Positions 28,557 to 37,852 of a stretch of 64,000 nucleotides of DNA are shown here, piece by piece. How positions within the stretch are numbered: the stretch's first letter is position 1; every line of letters starts with the position of its first letter. This DNA is from Clostridia bacterium. GTDB lineage: Bacteria > Bacillota > Clostridia > Oscillospirales > CAG-272. The stretch covers positions 32,504-96,503 of the forward strand of contig JAFQFR010000015.1 of NCBI GenBank assembly GCA_017398595.1, given 5' to 3'. The notes under the pieces were generated by a model. The model did not search any database. It was given only the letters and a program-made list of their open reading frames with translations, and had not been told where the DNA came from. The position numbers and the translations under genes are program-made.

Positions 28557-30051
28557 CGGTCGTCGTCACCTCTGTCGTTTCCGCGGCATATTTGGCGTCG
28601 TGTCTCTCCTTGATCAGCCCGCCGATCGCATAGATAAACTGCGTGTTGGCGCGCTTGAGATGCCCCTCGTCGAGGTTCGACATAAACACGAGCACATACG
28701 GGTGCTCCTCGTTTAAGACGACCGCGCCGTCGCAATAAGAATCCACATCCCAGCCGTATTTATGCGCGACGCGCTCGGGCGCGAGGGCACGCTGCAGCAT
28801 GACCGTCTGCTGCGAGTCACACATGATGTCCGCGAGCCACGCACCGTATTGATTTTCGCCGGTGAGATATGTATACAAAACTTCAAAAAACTTTCCGTAC
28901 TGCACGACATTCGTGCGCCACCAGAAGCCGAAGCGCGTGATCTCCAGGTCGTTTTCTTGCATAATATCTGCAAAAAAGCCGTAGCCGAATCGCTTTTGCA
29001 GCATAGAAAATGCGGTATTATCGCTGTAGCGCATGGTGTACGCGATCAGCTCCTGCACGGTAAAGGGCGTGTCGCTCTCCACCTTCTGGAAGCGTCCCGT
29101 ACCCTCCACAAACATATCCTTGGTGTAGACGATCTCCTCACCGAGATCGATCTCGCCCCGCTCCGCCAGTTGCAGGAGCGCATAGACATAGACCGCTTTG
29201 ATCATCGAAGCGCCGAAAATGACCTCGTCGGGCGCAAACACCAGCGTTTCACCGTCGGTGAGATCCTTGTAATAGAGCGCCGCCACGCCGTCGATCTGAT
29301 AGGTAATGATCTGCGGTGCCGCCGTTGTCTCGGGCACCGTAGTTGTTTCGGGCGCTACCGTTGTTTCGGGTACTGCCGTTGTTTCGGACACTGTCGTTGT
29401 CTCAGGCACCGTCGTTGTCTCGGACACTGCCGTTGTCTCAGGCACCGTCGTTGTCTCGGGCACCGTCGTCGTTTCGGGCACCGCCGTTGTCTCAGGCACC
29501 GTCGTTGTCTCGGGCACTGTCGTTGTCTCGGGCACCGTCGTCGTTTCGGGTACTGTCGTCGTTTCGGGCGGCTCGGGTGCTGCGGTCGTCACGACCATGG
29601 TCTTTGCCACGGCGGGAACCTGATGCAGCAGCAGATCTGCCAATTTGTACTCGGGCGTTTCGGGATCGTAGATCATAAAGTTCTCGATCCGACGCATGCC
29701 GTCGATCTCGGGCACGGTGGTCACGGGTACCACCGTTTCGGATGTTTCCGCAGCACCGGATGCAGTCGTCACAGGCGGGATGCCCGTCTCGGGCGATGCG
29801 GACGTTTCGGTGTGCGCAGGCGTCTCGATCGGAGCAAGCGTTTCGGGGGGTACGAAGTTCACCGTCGCCGCAGGCGTGCCGTCCGCGCTCAAAGCGGTGG
29901 TCACGGGCACATCGGCAGTGCCGATGTGCCGTACTACAAACATGCCGAAAAGCGCCACGGCGATCACCGCTATGGCGCAGATGCATACGAGCAGGATATT
30001 TCCTCTGTTTCTTTGTCTTTTGTATCTTCTTTTCGGCATTTTAATCTTCAA
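28549..30051 (-). CDS. Membrane-anchored serine hydrolase (class A beta-lactamase/PBP-like) with a PETTTV linker
   Basis: N-terminal TM helix; SxxK (ASMIK), SDN, HKYG. Confidence 0.85.
   Translation of the reverse strand: MKIKMPKRRYKRQRNRGNILLVCICAIAVIAVALFGMFVVRHIGTADVPVTTALSADGTPAATVNFVPPETLAPIETPAHTETSASPETGIPPVTTASGAAETSETVVPVTTVPEIDGMRRIENFMIYDPETPEYKLADLLLHQVPAVAKTMVVTTAAPEPPETTTVPETTTVPETTTVPETTTVPETTAVPETTTVPETTTVPETTAVSETTTVPETTTVSETTAVPETTVAPETTTVPETTAAPQIITYQIDGVAALYYKDLTDGETLVFAPDEVIFGASMIKAVYVYALLQLAERGEIDLGEEIVYTKDMFVEGTGRFQKVESDTPFTVQELIAYTMRYSDNTAFSMLQKRFGYGFFADIMQENDLEITRFGFWWRTNVVQYGKFFEVLYTYLTGENQYGAWLADIMCDSQQTVMLQRALAPERVAHKYGWDVDSYCDGAVVLNEEHPYVLVFMSNLDEGHLKRANTQFIYAIGGLIKERHDAKYAAETTEVTTTGD
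29317..29568 (-). repeat. In-frame 18-bp tandem repeat, 14 units encoding (P/S)ETT(T/A/V)(V/A)
   Basis: Counted from the translation and the DNA. Confidence 0.95.
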
Positions 30052-30337
30052 AATTGCTGAAGTAGATCACTTCTCCGGGCAGACAGTACCCAAGCTCGCG
30101 GCGTGCCACGCGCTTGACATACTCATCGTTGAACGGAGCGGCGATCTCCTCGCGCAGACGATCATTCTCCTCTTTCGCGGCGGCAACCTCTTTGGCAAGC
30201 TGCTCGCTCTTTTCGTGGATCTCATTATAGCGCATCCACAGTGCCCCCGTCAGTGCAAAGCCGAGCACCAAAACGATCACCAAAGCCATGCGCGCCGACG
30301 CAGGCGCCGTTTTTCGATTCTGTTTTGCCACGCGCAT
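30041..30337 (-). CDS. divIC: Septum formation initiator (DivIC/FtsB family)
   Basis: TM helix, coiled coil, EYVKRVARRELGY..PGE; follows yabP-yabQ. Confidence 0.85.
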   Translation of the reverse strand: MRVAKQNRKTAPASARMALVIVLVLGFALTGALWMRYNEIHEKSEQLAKEVAAAKEENDRLREEIAAPFNDEYVKRVARRELGYCLPGEVIYFSNFED

Positions 30338-30342
30338 CTCTC

Positions 30343-30927
30343 CTAACCGTTTTTACAATACCCGTTTTTCTGCATGCGCTTTTGCCGACGGCGGCGCAGC
30401 GCTTCTTCTTTCTTTTTCGACTTATATTCATTATACCGCGCAAACGTGCGGCTGACAATAGGCAATCCCGAAATTCGTACAATGATTTTTTTGGAAACGG
30501 CAAAAAGAAAGCGAAACGGCACAAGACTCTTGCGAAAGAGCCATCGGATCGCCTTTTTGCAGAGTGCCGCCAGGTACGAGCAGATGCCGATAAACAATCT
30601 GCCCACCGTGTGATAATAGAGCAAAAAGCCGCCGAGCGCGCCGAACAGTGCATACGCACGCATGCGTCCGTCCCCCGTCAGGAAGAAAAACACGCACATG
30701 CACGCCGTCGCCACGGCGAAAAATAACAGATCGCCCAGCGTGACAAACACATAGGAGAACCACGCGCCCCGCCGCCGCTTCTGCCCTTTGCCTGCAAAAG
30801 GCGAACGCACGTCCACCGAAAACAGTACGCGGGTGAAGCGGATCACATCGTACACTGCCCCAAGCAGCACGCCGACCAGTACAGACAGCGCCGCCGAGAG
30901 CGCCGCCATAGACATGGAAACTTCCAT
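30343..30927 (-). CDS. yabQ: Spore cortex biosynthesis protein YabQ
   Basis: GVLLGAVYDVIR, DLLF, G.MRAY..G; synteny. Confidence 0.85.
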   Translation of the reverse strand: MEVSMSMAALSAALSVLVGVLLGAVYDVIRFTRVLFSVDVRSPFAGKGQKRRRGAWFSYVFVTLGDLLFFAVATACMCVFFFLTGDGRMRAYALFGALGGFLLYYHTVGRLFIGICSYLAALCKKAIRWLFRKSLVPFRFLFAVSKKIIVRISGLPIVSRTFARYNEYKSKKKEEALRRRRQKRMQKNGYCKNG

Positions 30928-31188
30928 TTATGTACCCGAACGCGAAAAAATTCCTTTTTTCGCAGAGGGTTTTGCCGCGTAATACACGCCGTCGATCCTG
31001 CCCGCCACGAGCAGATCGCCGCTATCGGAAGACATGTTGAGGATACGCAGATCTCCGCCCTCGATCTCCACCTTTCCGAGCGGGGTATTCACCGCCACAA
31101 AGTCACTGTCAAAGCTCAAAACCTCGCTCACGGCGCTCATCACGACCCGCTCGCGGTTGATGACCTCAATATTCGCTCCCTTTTCCAT
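30928..31188 (-). CDS. yabP: Sporulation protein YabP
   Basis: NRE..MSAVSEVLSFD...T.LG...I.G.DL; synteny. Confidence 0.85.
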   Translation of the reverse strand: MEKGANIEVINRERVVMSAVSEVLSFDSDFVAVNTPLGKVEIEGGDLRILNMSSDSGDLLVAGRIDGVYYAAKPSAKKGIFSRSGT

Positions 31189-31257
31189 ATACATACCTCC
31201 GTTTTCTACTAAGGTATGCGGGAAAACACGCAGAAATGATTGTTTGCGCGCAAACAC

Positions 31258-31497
31258 TTACACCACTTCGTACATTTCGGCGGCGTCTGCCTTTTTGGTG
31301 CTTTCCTTTACGTCGGTGACGCGGACGCGGAGCGTCTTTTCCCCGAAGGTGATCTCGATGATGTCGCCGACCTTGACATCGTAGGATGCCTTGACGACTC
31401 TGCCGTTGACGCTGATATGCGCCGCGTCGCACGCTTCATTTGCCACGGTGCGGCGCTTGATGAGGCGCGACACCTTTAAAAATTTATCAATACGCAT
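31258..31497 (-). CDS. yabO: S4-domain RNA-binding protein (YabO/RqcP)
   Basis: MRIDKFLKVSRLIKRRTVANEAC. Confidence 0.93.
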   Translation of the reverse strand: MRIDKFLKVSRLIKRRTVANEACDAAHISVNGRVVKASYDVKVGDIIEITFGEKTLRVRVTDVKESTKKADAAEMYEVV

Positions 31498-31555
31498 GAT
31501 CTTACCTCGCTAAAACAAAAGTCGGCTCACTGCAGCGAGCCGACCCATGTTGTAC

Positions 31556-31831
31556 TTACTTGTTTACAGAATCCTTGAAAGCCTTGCCTGCGGTGAATGC
31601 AGGATACTTGGAAGCTGCGATCTTGATGGTTTCGCCGGTCTTGGGGTTTCTGCCCTCTCTTGCACCTCTGGTCTTGGTCTCGAAAGTGCCGAAGCCAACG
31701 AGCTGAACCTTCTCGCCCTTTGCGAGAGCACCCTCAACAGCATTTACAAATGCGGTAAGAGCAGCCTCTGCGTCCTTCTTTTTCAGACCGGATTCGCCGG
31801 CGATTGCTTCGATCAGTTCTGTCTTGTTCAT
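31556..31831 (-). CDS. hup: HU family DNA-binding protein
   Basis: MNKTELI, VQLVGFGTF, GRNPKTGE. Confidence 0.97.
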   Translation of the reverse strand: MNKTELIEAIAGESGLKKKDAEAALTAFVNAVEGALAKGEKVQLVGFGTFETKTRGAREGRNPKTGETIKIAASKYPAFTAGKAFKDSVNK

Positions 31832-31963
31832 GGTAGGTAATCCTTTCAATTCTAAGAAATTTTTGCCGAAAGCGGCAAACTTTTACTGTCGGTAATATTT
31901 TAGCACGCCCATACGCACAATGCAAGAGTTTTTTCAAAAAAATGACGTCCGACAGCCCCTTTT

Positions 31964-32776
31964 TTAGGCATTTTCACTACTTTTGCTCTTTTTCACCGCG
32001 TCCCAATATGCATCCAGCTCGCACAGCGGCAGATCTGCCATGTTTTTGCCGTCGGCGGTGACGCGCTCCTCGACTTTGGCAAAGCGCGCGATGAATTTAT
32101 TGGTGGCATGCGTCAGCGCTTCCTCGGCGGAAATGCCGTATTTGCGCGCGGTGTTGACCACGGCAAAGAGCAGGTCGCCGAGCTCCTCGGCGCGCGTTTC
32201 GTCGTCCGCCTCGAGCAGCTCCGCGGTCTCCTCGGTGATCTTTTTCGCCGCATCCTCCGCCGTGGCAAAATCAAAGCCGACTTTTGCCGCCTTTTTGCCG
32301 ACCTTCTCGGCGCGCATCAGGGCGGGCAGGGGCTTCGGCACGCTCTCGAGCGTTGCCGTCACGGTGTCGCGATGCTTTTCCTTTGCCTTGAGCTTATCCC
32401 AGTTGACCAGCACCTCGTCGGAAGTATCCGCAACCGTGTCGGCAAAGACATGGGGATGGCGGTAGATCAGCTTCTGCACCACGCCCGTGGTGACATCCTC
32501 CATGGTAAAGCCGTTTGTTTCCTCTTCGATCTGCGTGTGAAATACGACCTGCATCAGCACGTCGCCGAGTTCCTCACAGAGCAGCGTTTTGTCATCGGTG
32601 TCGATCGCCTCGACTGCCTCATAGGTCTCGTCGATGAAGTTCTGCCGAATACTCTTGTGCGTCTGCTCCATGTCCCACGGACATCCTCCCGGCGCACGCA
32701 GGATCGCCATCACATCGCACAAATCGCCGAAATCGTATCTTTCCTTATTTAATAATGCCTTTTTCTTGTCGGTCAT
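31964..32776 (-). CDS. mazG: Nucleoside triphosphate pyrophosphohydrolase
   Basis: LRAPGGCPWD, EELGDVL, KLIYRHPHVF, EELGDLLF. Confidence 0.95.
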   Translation of the reverse strand: MTDKKKALLNKERYDFGDLCDVMAILRAPGGCPWDMEQTHKSIRQNFIDETYEAVEAIDTDDKTLLCEELGDVLMQVVFHTQIEEETNGFTMEDVTTGVVQKLIYRHPHVFADTVADTSDEVLVNWDKLKAKEKHRDTVTATLESVPKPLPALMRAEKVGKKAAKVGFDFATAEDAAKKITEETAELLEADDETRAEELGDLLFAVVNTARKYGISAEEALTHATNKFIARFAKVEERVTADGKNMADLPLCELDAYWDAVKKSKSSENA

Positions 32777-32839
32777 GGTTGTTGTTATCCTTTGTTATAT
32801 AGAGTTATCGGCTCCCTCTGACGAGGGAGGCTATGAAAG

Positions 32840-34573
32840 TTACTTCACCAGATGCATTTTGCCGAGCAGGCGGTAGAGCGTCTGTCCCTTGGGAATGAAA
32901 TCGAAGTCCTCTTTGTCGAGCGCGCCGGTGAGCAGCAAAACGACGAGGTACACGACGGCTGCCGCCGCGATGGCAAACGCAGTCGTGACAAAATGCGACG
33001 CGATCAGCCGATCCAGGAGCGCGTACGCGCCGACCGCGGTGAGACCGCAGAGCGCCGAGGCGATCAGCGGCTTTAAGAATACCTTACGCACACTGGGACG
33101 GAAGTTTGCATACCGTGCGCAGAAATAGAAGTTGAACAGCACGACGATGACATAGCAGATGCCCGTGGAAATGGGCGCGCCGTAAATGCCGATATTCGGG
33201 TTGCCGATCAGCACATAGCTTGCGAGGATCTTCGCCGCGGCGCCTACCAGCATGGAAATGAGCGGCAGGTACGGGCGCTTATGCGCCTGCAGCACCGAGT
33301 TGGTAATGGCGAGCATGCTGACGAGGAACGAGGAGATCGCCAAAATCGAGAGCAGCGGCGCGGCAAGCGACGCGCTGGTGCCGCTCTGCCCGATATATTG
33401 CATGTACACAGAGTCGCCGAGCAGTTCGCTCTCCATGGCGACATACTTCGAGTGCAGATTGGCACTGCCGTAGATCATCGTGAGGATGGGCTCGGCGAGC
33501 ACCGCCATGCCGACCGTGCAGGGCATGGACAAAATCGCGGCGGTCTTCAGCGAGGAAGTCATGACGCGGTGCGCGCGCTGTTCCTCTTTCTGCACAAGCA
33601 AGGCACTGATCATCGGCACGAGCGAGTAGCCAATGGGGTACACTAGCACGGGGATGAGGTTGAACATCGGCACGGCAAGCGTGGTGTAGTTGCCGTAGAT
33701 CGCCGACGCGCCCGCCGCGGTGAAGCCGATGGACTGCAGTCTGCGCGAGATGACCGTGAGGTCTATCAGGTTTGCCAGCGACATGACCGAGGACGAGAGC
33801 GTGACGGGAACCGCCATGACGACAAGCTCACGCAGCAGCGACTTCGTAGACTCGGTCTGCATGGTATAGCTGTCGGGCAGCGCATACTCGGCGTTGACGG
33901 TGTTGGTATTGTAGAGCAGCTTGGTGATGAAGATAAACACCATGCCGCAGAATACACCGACCGTGAGACCGAAGATCGTCCACGCGGCGGTGATATATGT
34001 TTCGTGTCCCTGACTTGTGGACCAGATGGCAAGCAGAATGCCGATCAGCAGCTTGCCGAGCGATTCGAGAAGCTGCGAGACCGCAGTGGGCCACATGACC
34101 TGATGTCCCTGGAAGTAGCCGCGGAAGGCAGAGGTCAGACAGACGAAGAACAGCGTCGGCGCGATCGCCATGATGCAGTATTTGGACTGCGGCAGTTCGG
34201 CTACGGTATTGGCAAAGAAGTCGGCGCCGAAGAACAGCGCGAGCATGCCTGCCGAACCGATGATAAAGAAGAGCCAGAACGCAAGGCGGAAGATCTTTTT
34301 GACCTGATTGAAGTTGCCTGCGGCGCGGCTGCGGGAGACCATATACGAGATCGCCACAGGCAGTCCCGCCGTGGAGATCATAAAGAACGCCGTGTAAATG
34401 GTGTACGCCGCATTGAAATAGCCCATGCCCTCGTCGCCGAGGTAGCCGTGCAGCGGGATCTTAAAGAGCAGACCGATCACCTTGACCAGAATGTTGGAGA
34501 CGGTCAGGATCAGAACGCCGTTGACAAACAGCTTGGTACTGGTCTTTTGTCCTGTGGATGTCTTGTTACTCAA
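32840..34573 (-). CDS. Polysaccharide biosynthesis / MurJ-SpoVB(YabM)-like flippase
   Basis: Multi-TM; STAGLPVAIS, RGYFQG..M.PTAVSQ. Confidence 0.88.
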   Translation of the reverse strand: MSNKTSTGQKTSTKLFVNGVLILTVSNILVKVIGLLFKIPLHGYLGDEGMGYFNAAYTIYTAFFMISTAGLPVAISYMVSRSRAAGNFNQVKKIFRLAFWLFFIIGSAGMLALFFGADFFANTVAELPQSKYCIMAIAPTLFFVCLTSAFRGYFQGHQVMWPTAVSQLLESLGKLLIGILLAIWSTSQGHETYITAAWTIFGLTVGVFCGMVFIFITKLLYNTNTVNAEYALPDSYTMQTESTKSLLRELVVMAVPVTLSSSVMSLANLIDLTVISRRLQSIGFTAAGASAIYGNYTTLAVPMFNLIPVLVYPIGYSLVPMISALLVQKEEQRAHRVMTSSLKTAAILSMPCTVGMAVLAEPILTMIYGSANLHSKYVAMESELLGDSVYMQYIGQSGTSASLAAPLLSILAISSFLVSMLAITNSVLQAHKRPYLPLISMLVGAAAKILASYVLIGNPNIGIYGAPISTGICYVIVVLFNFYFCARYANFRPSVRKVFLKPLIASALCGLTAVGAYALLDRLIASHFVTTAFAIAAAAVVYLVVLLLTGALDKEDFDFIPKGQTLYRLLGKMHLVK

Positions 34574-34579
34574 AACTTT

Positions 34580-35491
34580 TTACTCCTTTTCCCCGATGAA
34601 CTCCCGGAAAACAGAACCCGCGGGCACATAGTTTCCGTCCAGCATCGGGATATTTTGCAGCTTTTCGCGTAAAATGTTCGCCTCGGGAAGATACACGCTG
34701 TCCGCGGGCAGCGTGTCGAGCAGAGCGAGCACATACGGCTTGATCACGCTGACCTCGTAGCCGAGCAGCGAGTCGATGCGGCGGTGTACGCCGGCAAGAT
34801 TCGGATAAATGTGCGTTTCTTCATTGGCGACCACGCCGCTCCAGAGCGAATAGGTGAACTCGGCAGTGGCACCGCGGGTGCGCGCGTCACGCACAAGACG
34901 GCGCATGAAACGGATCTCGCGCGGTGCAAAGACCGCTTCGCCGCAGGCGAGCGAATCCTCGACCGAGATAAACAGCGAGGTAAAGTTGTATGCCGCGAGG
35001 TACTTCGTCAGCTCGGGGTAGACCGCCTGGATGCCCTCAAACAGAAAAACATCGCCATCCGTCACCGTGATCTCTTCCATCGCGGCGCGCTTGCCGGTTT
35101 GAAAATCAAACTTCGGCAAGAGGACCTTGCCCTTGGCGTCAATGCGTTCGATCACCTCGCCAAACAGCGCAAGGTCGATGGTGCTCGGCGAATCGTAGTC
35201 GAGCGGTTCGCCCCGCTCCCTGGCACGCGCAATGAGCACATTGCGGTCAAAATAGAAGTCGTCGATCGAAATGGTGTGCAGCTCCTTGCCGCGCTGCAAA
35301 AATGCGTCGTCGAGGATGCGCGCGGTGGTCGTTTTGCCCGAACAGCTCGGGCCCGCCAGCGTGATGATGCTGCCGCCCGCCATGGCGATGTCACATGCCG
35401 CCTCGACCTCGGCACGATACTCCGCTTCGCAGGCATCGACATATGCCGCTGCCTGTGCCGCAGAGGAAAACTGTAATTTTGCTTGCTTCAA
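34580..35491 (-). CDS. Nucleoside (uridine) kinase family protein
   Basis: Walker A AGPSCSGKTT, SIDDFY, RFMRRLVRD. Confidence 0.85.
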   Translation of the reverse strand: MKQAKLQFSSAAQAAAYVDACEAEYRAEVEAACDIAMAGGSIITLAGPSCSGKTTTARILDDAFLQRGKELHTISIDDFYFDRNVLIARARERGEPLDYDSPSTIDLALFGEVIERIDAKGKVLLPKFDFQTGKRAAMEEITVTDGDVFLFEGIQAVYPELTKYLAAYNFTSLFISVEDSLACGEAVFAPREIRFMRRLVRDARTRGATAEFTYSLWSGVVANEETHIYPNLAGVHRRIDSLLGYEVSVIKPYVLALLDTLPADSVYLPEANILREKLQNIPMLDGNYVPAGSVFREFIGEKE

Positions 35492-35547
35492 TCCAATACC
35501 CTTTCCGGTTTACGCCACATTGTCGAAAAGAAAGTATACTCGGCAAG

Positions 35548-35661
35548 AATCCCTCATCCGGTGCTCCGCACCACCTTCCCCCAAGGGAAGGCATATGGAC
35601 CGCACTCTCAAAAAAGGCTTCCCTCGGGGGAAGCTGTCATCGCAAGATGACTGATGAGGGA
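35548..35661. repeat. REP-like palindromic element (ccctcatc...ccttccc..gggaagg / cttccc..gggaagc...gatgaggg)
   Basis: Inverted pair of hairpin units related to 204-318 and 42311-42433. Confidence 0.6.
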
Positions 35662-35698
35662 CTTCCCGGATGATAACTCTCCATCCAACATGTGGCTA

Positions 35699-37210
35699 CT
35701 ATTTCCTATCGAAAAAGTCCAGCACCTTCTCTTTATAGGATGGGATGCCTTCCTCTGCGTCGCCACGGAGGATCTTTTCAATATCTCTTATATATTCGTA
35801 TGGATATTTCGGCGAAAATATGCGTTTCATACGCAAGCCGCCGTCCAGCGACGGATCGCGCTCAACAAGCTTCGTCACGGCGCCTGCACCCGCGCCGAAG
35901 ATCGAGTGCAGTTCTTCCATCATATAAATATTATACATGCACTCGCTGCCGACCTTGGCATAGCCGACGTTTTCGAGGTTGCCGACCGCGTTTTTCTGAC
36001 GGTACATATAGTACGGCTTATACGAAGCGTTGGAAAGCATGAGCTGTGAATACTGGATGCACTTTGCCGCCATGGGCACGTCGGGCACAAAGGGGTCACC
36101 GTCGGGACGGGAGAGTGCCGCCGCGCGCTTGAAGCAGAAGGTATGTACCGTGATGTTGGTGGGATCAAGCGCCACGATGCGCTCGAGTGAGGACGAAAAC
36201 TTTTTGAAGCTGTCGCCCGGCAGACCCACGATGAGATCAGTGTTGATGTCGCGGATGCCCGACGCCTCGGCAAGTGCGTACGCACGGAAAAAGTCGTCCG
36301 CGTTATGCCGCCGTCCGATGTTTTCAAGCACATCGTCTGCAAGCGTCTGCGGATTGACGCTGACGCGCGTCACGCCGTACTCCTTGGCAATGCGCAGCTT
36401 TTCTTCCGTGATGGTATCGGGTCTGCCCGCCTCGAGCGTGAACTCGTCGAGCGCCGACACATCGGTGCACGCCGCGACCGTCGAAAGCAGCTTTTTGAGC
36501 TGACGCGCACTGAGCGTGGTGGGCGTGCCGCCGCCGATATAGACGGTGACAACGCGCTTGCCGAGTGCCTTGATCGTGGCAAACACGTTTTTGATGTCGC
36601 GCAGGAGCAGTACGAGGTAGTCGTCAAGCATGGAGAGCATTTTCTGCGACGCCGAAACGAACGAGCAGTACGCACAGCGCGTGGGGCAGAACGGGATCGA
36701 GATGTACACGCTGCAGCCGTTCGGATCCATTTCCTTGGTGAGCTTCAGCTCGTTCTGCGCGACCGCGGTGGCAAGAAACGCCTTTTTCGGATTGAGAAAA
36801 TACTCGGTGGCGAGCAGCTTGCGTGTTTTCATCACGCCGTAGCCGTCCTCAAGGTACTGCGCGGCAACCTTGGCGGGGCGCACACCCGTGAGCAGTCCCC
36901 ACGGCGAGATATAGCCGAAAAATTCCTTTGCCGCCAGCGTCATCGCATGGCCCGATGCCATCTTGCGCACGCGTTCTTTCGGGAAGATCTCCGAAAAGGG
37001 CACAAAGCACTCCGCGGCGCACTTCTTCTCGCCGAGACGGATCGTTGCATGCGAATAAATGCCGTCCTCCCGATCGACGACGACAAAATCCACCACGGGC
37101 ACATCCGCGCGTTCGACCTCGTTTTCCCCGAATTTTGCACCCGGGAAGTAAATGAGACACAGCGTCTGCGCGTAATATCTGTTTAAATTTCCTTGTATGT
37201 TTAAAATCAT
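35699..37210 (-). CDS. hemZ: Coproporphyrinogen dehydrogenase-like radical SAM protein HemZ
   Basis: PWGLLTGVRP.K, YISIPFCPTRCAYCSF, GGGTPT, PYYMYRQK. The start is moved to 37210 because the upstream extension is the repeat array. Confidence 0.9.
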   Translation of the reverse strand: MILNIQGNLNRYYAQTLCLIYFPGAKFGENEVERADVPVVDFVVVDREDGIYSHATIRLGEKKCAAECFVPFSEIFPKERVRKMASGHAMTLAAKEFFGYISPWGLLTGVRPAKVAAQYLEDGYGVMKTRKLLATEYFLNPKKAFLATAVAQNELKLTKEMDPNGCSVYISIPFCPTRCAYCSFVSASQKMLSMLDDYLVLLLRDIKNVFATIKALGKRVVTVYIGGGTPTTLSARQLKKLLSTVAACTDVSALDEFTLEAGRPDTITEEKLRIAKEYGVTRVSVNPQTLADDVLENIGRRHNADDFFRAYALAEASGIRDINTDLIVGLPGDSFKKFSSSLERIVALDPTNITVHTFCFKRAAALSRPDGDPFVPDVPMAAKCIQYSQLMLSNASYKPYYMYRQKNAVGNLENVGYAKVGSECMYNIYMMEELHSIFGAGAGAVTKLVERDPSLDGGLRMKRIFSPKYPYEYIRDIEKILRGDAEEGIPSYKEKVLDFFDRK

Positions 37211-37215
37211 ATATA

Positions 37216-37395
37216 GCACTTCGTGCAATGAATTGCGATCCTGCGGATTGCATGATTTGAGCACCTTGTGCTCATGATTTGGCTTCGCCATGATTTGCGC
37301 TGCGGCGCATTGGGGATTGCAATTCAAATCATGGAGCATCAGCGAGAAATCATGACGGCACAGCCGTCAAATCATGCGCGGGACGCGCAAATCAT
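37216..37395. repeat. Heptamer-hairpin array, copy C
   Basis: ATGAATT + 3x ATGATTT + 4x AAATCAT with hairpin spacers. Confidence 0.9.
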
Positions 37396-37399
37396 CGTC

Positions 37400-37852
37400 T
37401 TATTTTTTCCAGATTTTTGAGTCCATCAAGATGGTGACGGGGCCGTCGGCAACAAGGTCGATCTGCATATCCGCGCCGAACACGCCTTTTTCTACGGGCA
37501 CGCCCGCCGCTTGAAGCTGCTCGCAAAAGCGCTCGTAGAGCGGCTCGGCGATGGCAGGCGCCGCCGCGCCCGTAAACGAGGGGCGGTTGCCGTGCGAAAC
37601 ATCGGCGCCGAGCGTGAAATTGGAAACGACCAGCGCACTGCCGCCGATGTCGGTGACCGACAGGTTCATCTTATCGTTTGCATCGGTGAAGATGCGGAGC
37701 TTTGCAACCTTTGCCGCCAGGATGTCGGCATCCTTTTCGCCATCGCCGTCCACCACGCCGCAAAGGATAAACAAGCCCTTGCCGCATTTGCCCGCGGGGA
37801 CGCCGTCTGCCACGACCGAGGCGGACGCGGCTCTCTGAATCACTGCGATCAT
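37400..37852 (-). CDS. dtd: D-aminoacyl-tRNA deacylase
   Basis: AVIQR, VSNFTL, GNRPSF, GVFGADM, DGPVT. Confidence 0.95.
   Translation of the reverse strand: MIAVIQRAASASVVADGVPAGKCGKGLFILCGVVDGDGEKDADILAAKVAKLRIFTDANDKMNLSVTDIGGSALVVSNFTLGADVSHGNRPSFTGAAAPAIAEPLYERFCEQLQAAGVPVEKGVFGADMQIDLVADGPVTILMDSKIWKK

Noticed and set aside
28549-30051. Serine hydrolase as an acquired antibiotic-resistance beta-lactamase
   Set aside because: It is membrane-anchored, embedded in a core sporulation/division operon, has an atypical KYG motif and no mobile context.
37211-37339. N-terminal extensions of HemZ, DUF711 (18011-18091) and the solute-binding protein (14799-14858) in the ORF track
   Set aside because: They are read-through of repeat arrays; the recognisable protein starts further downstream.
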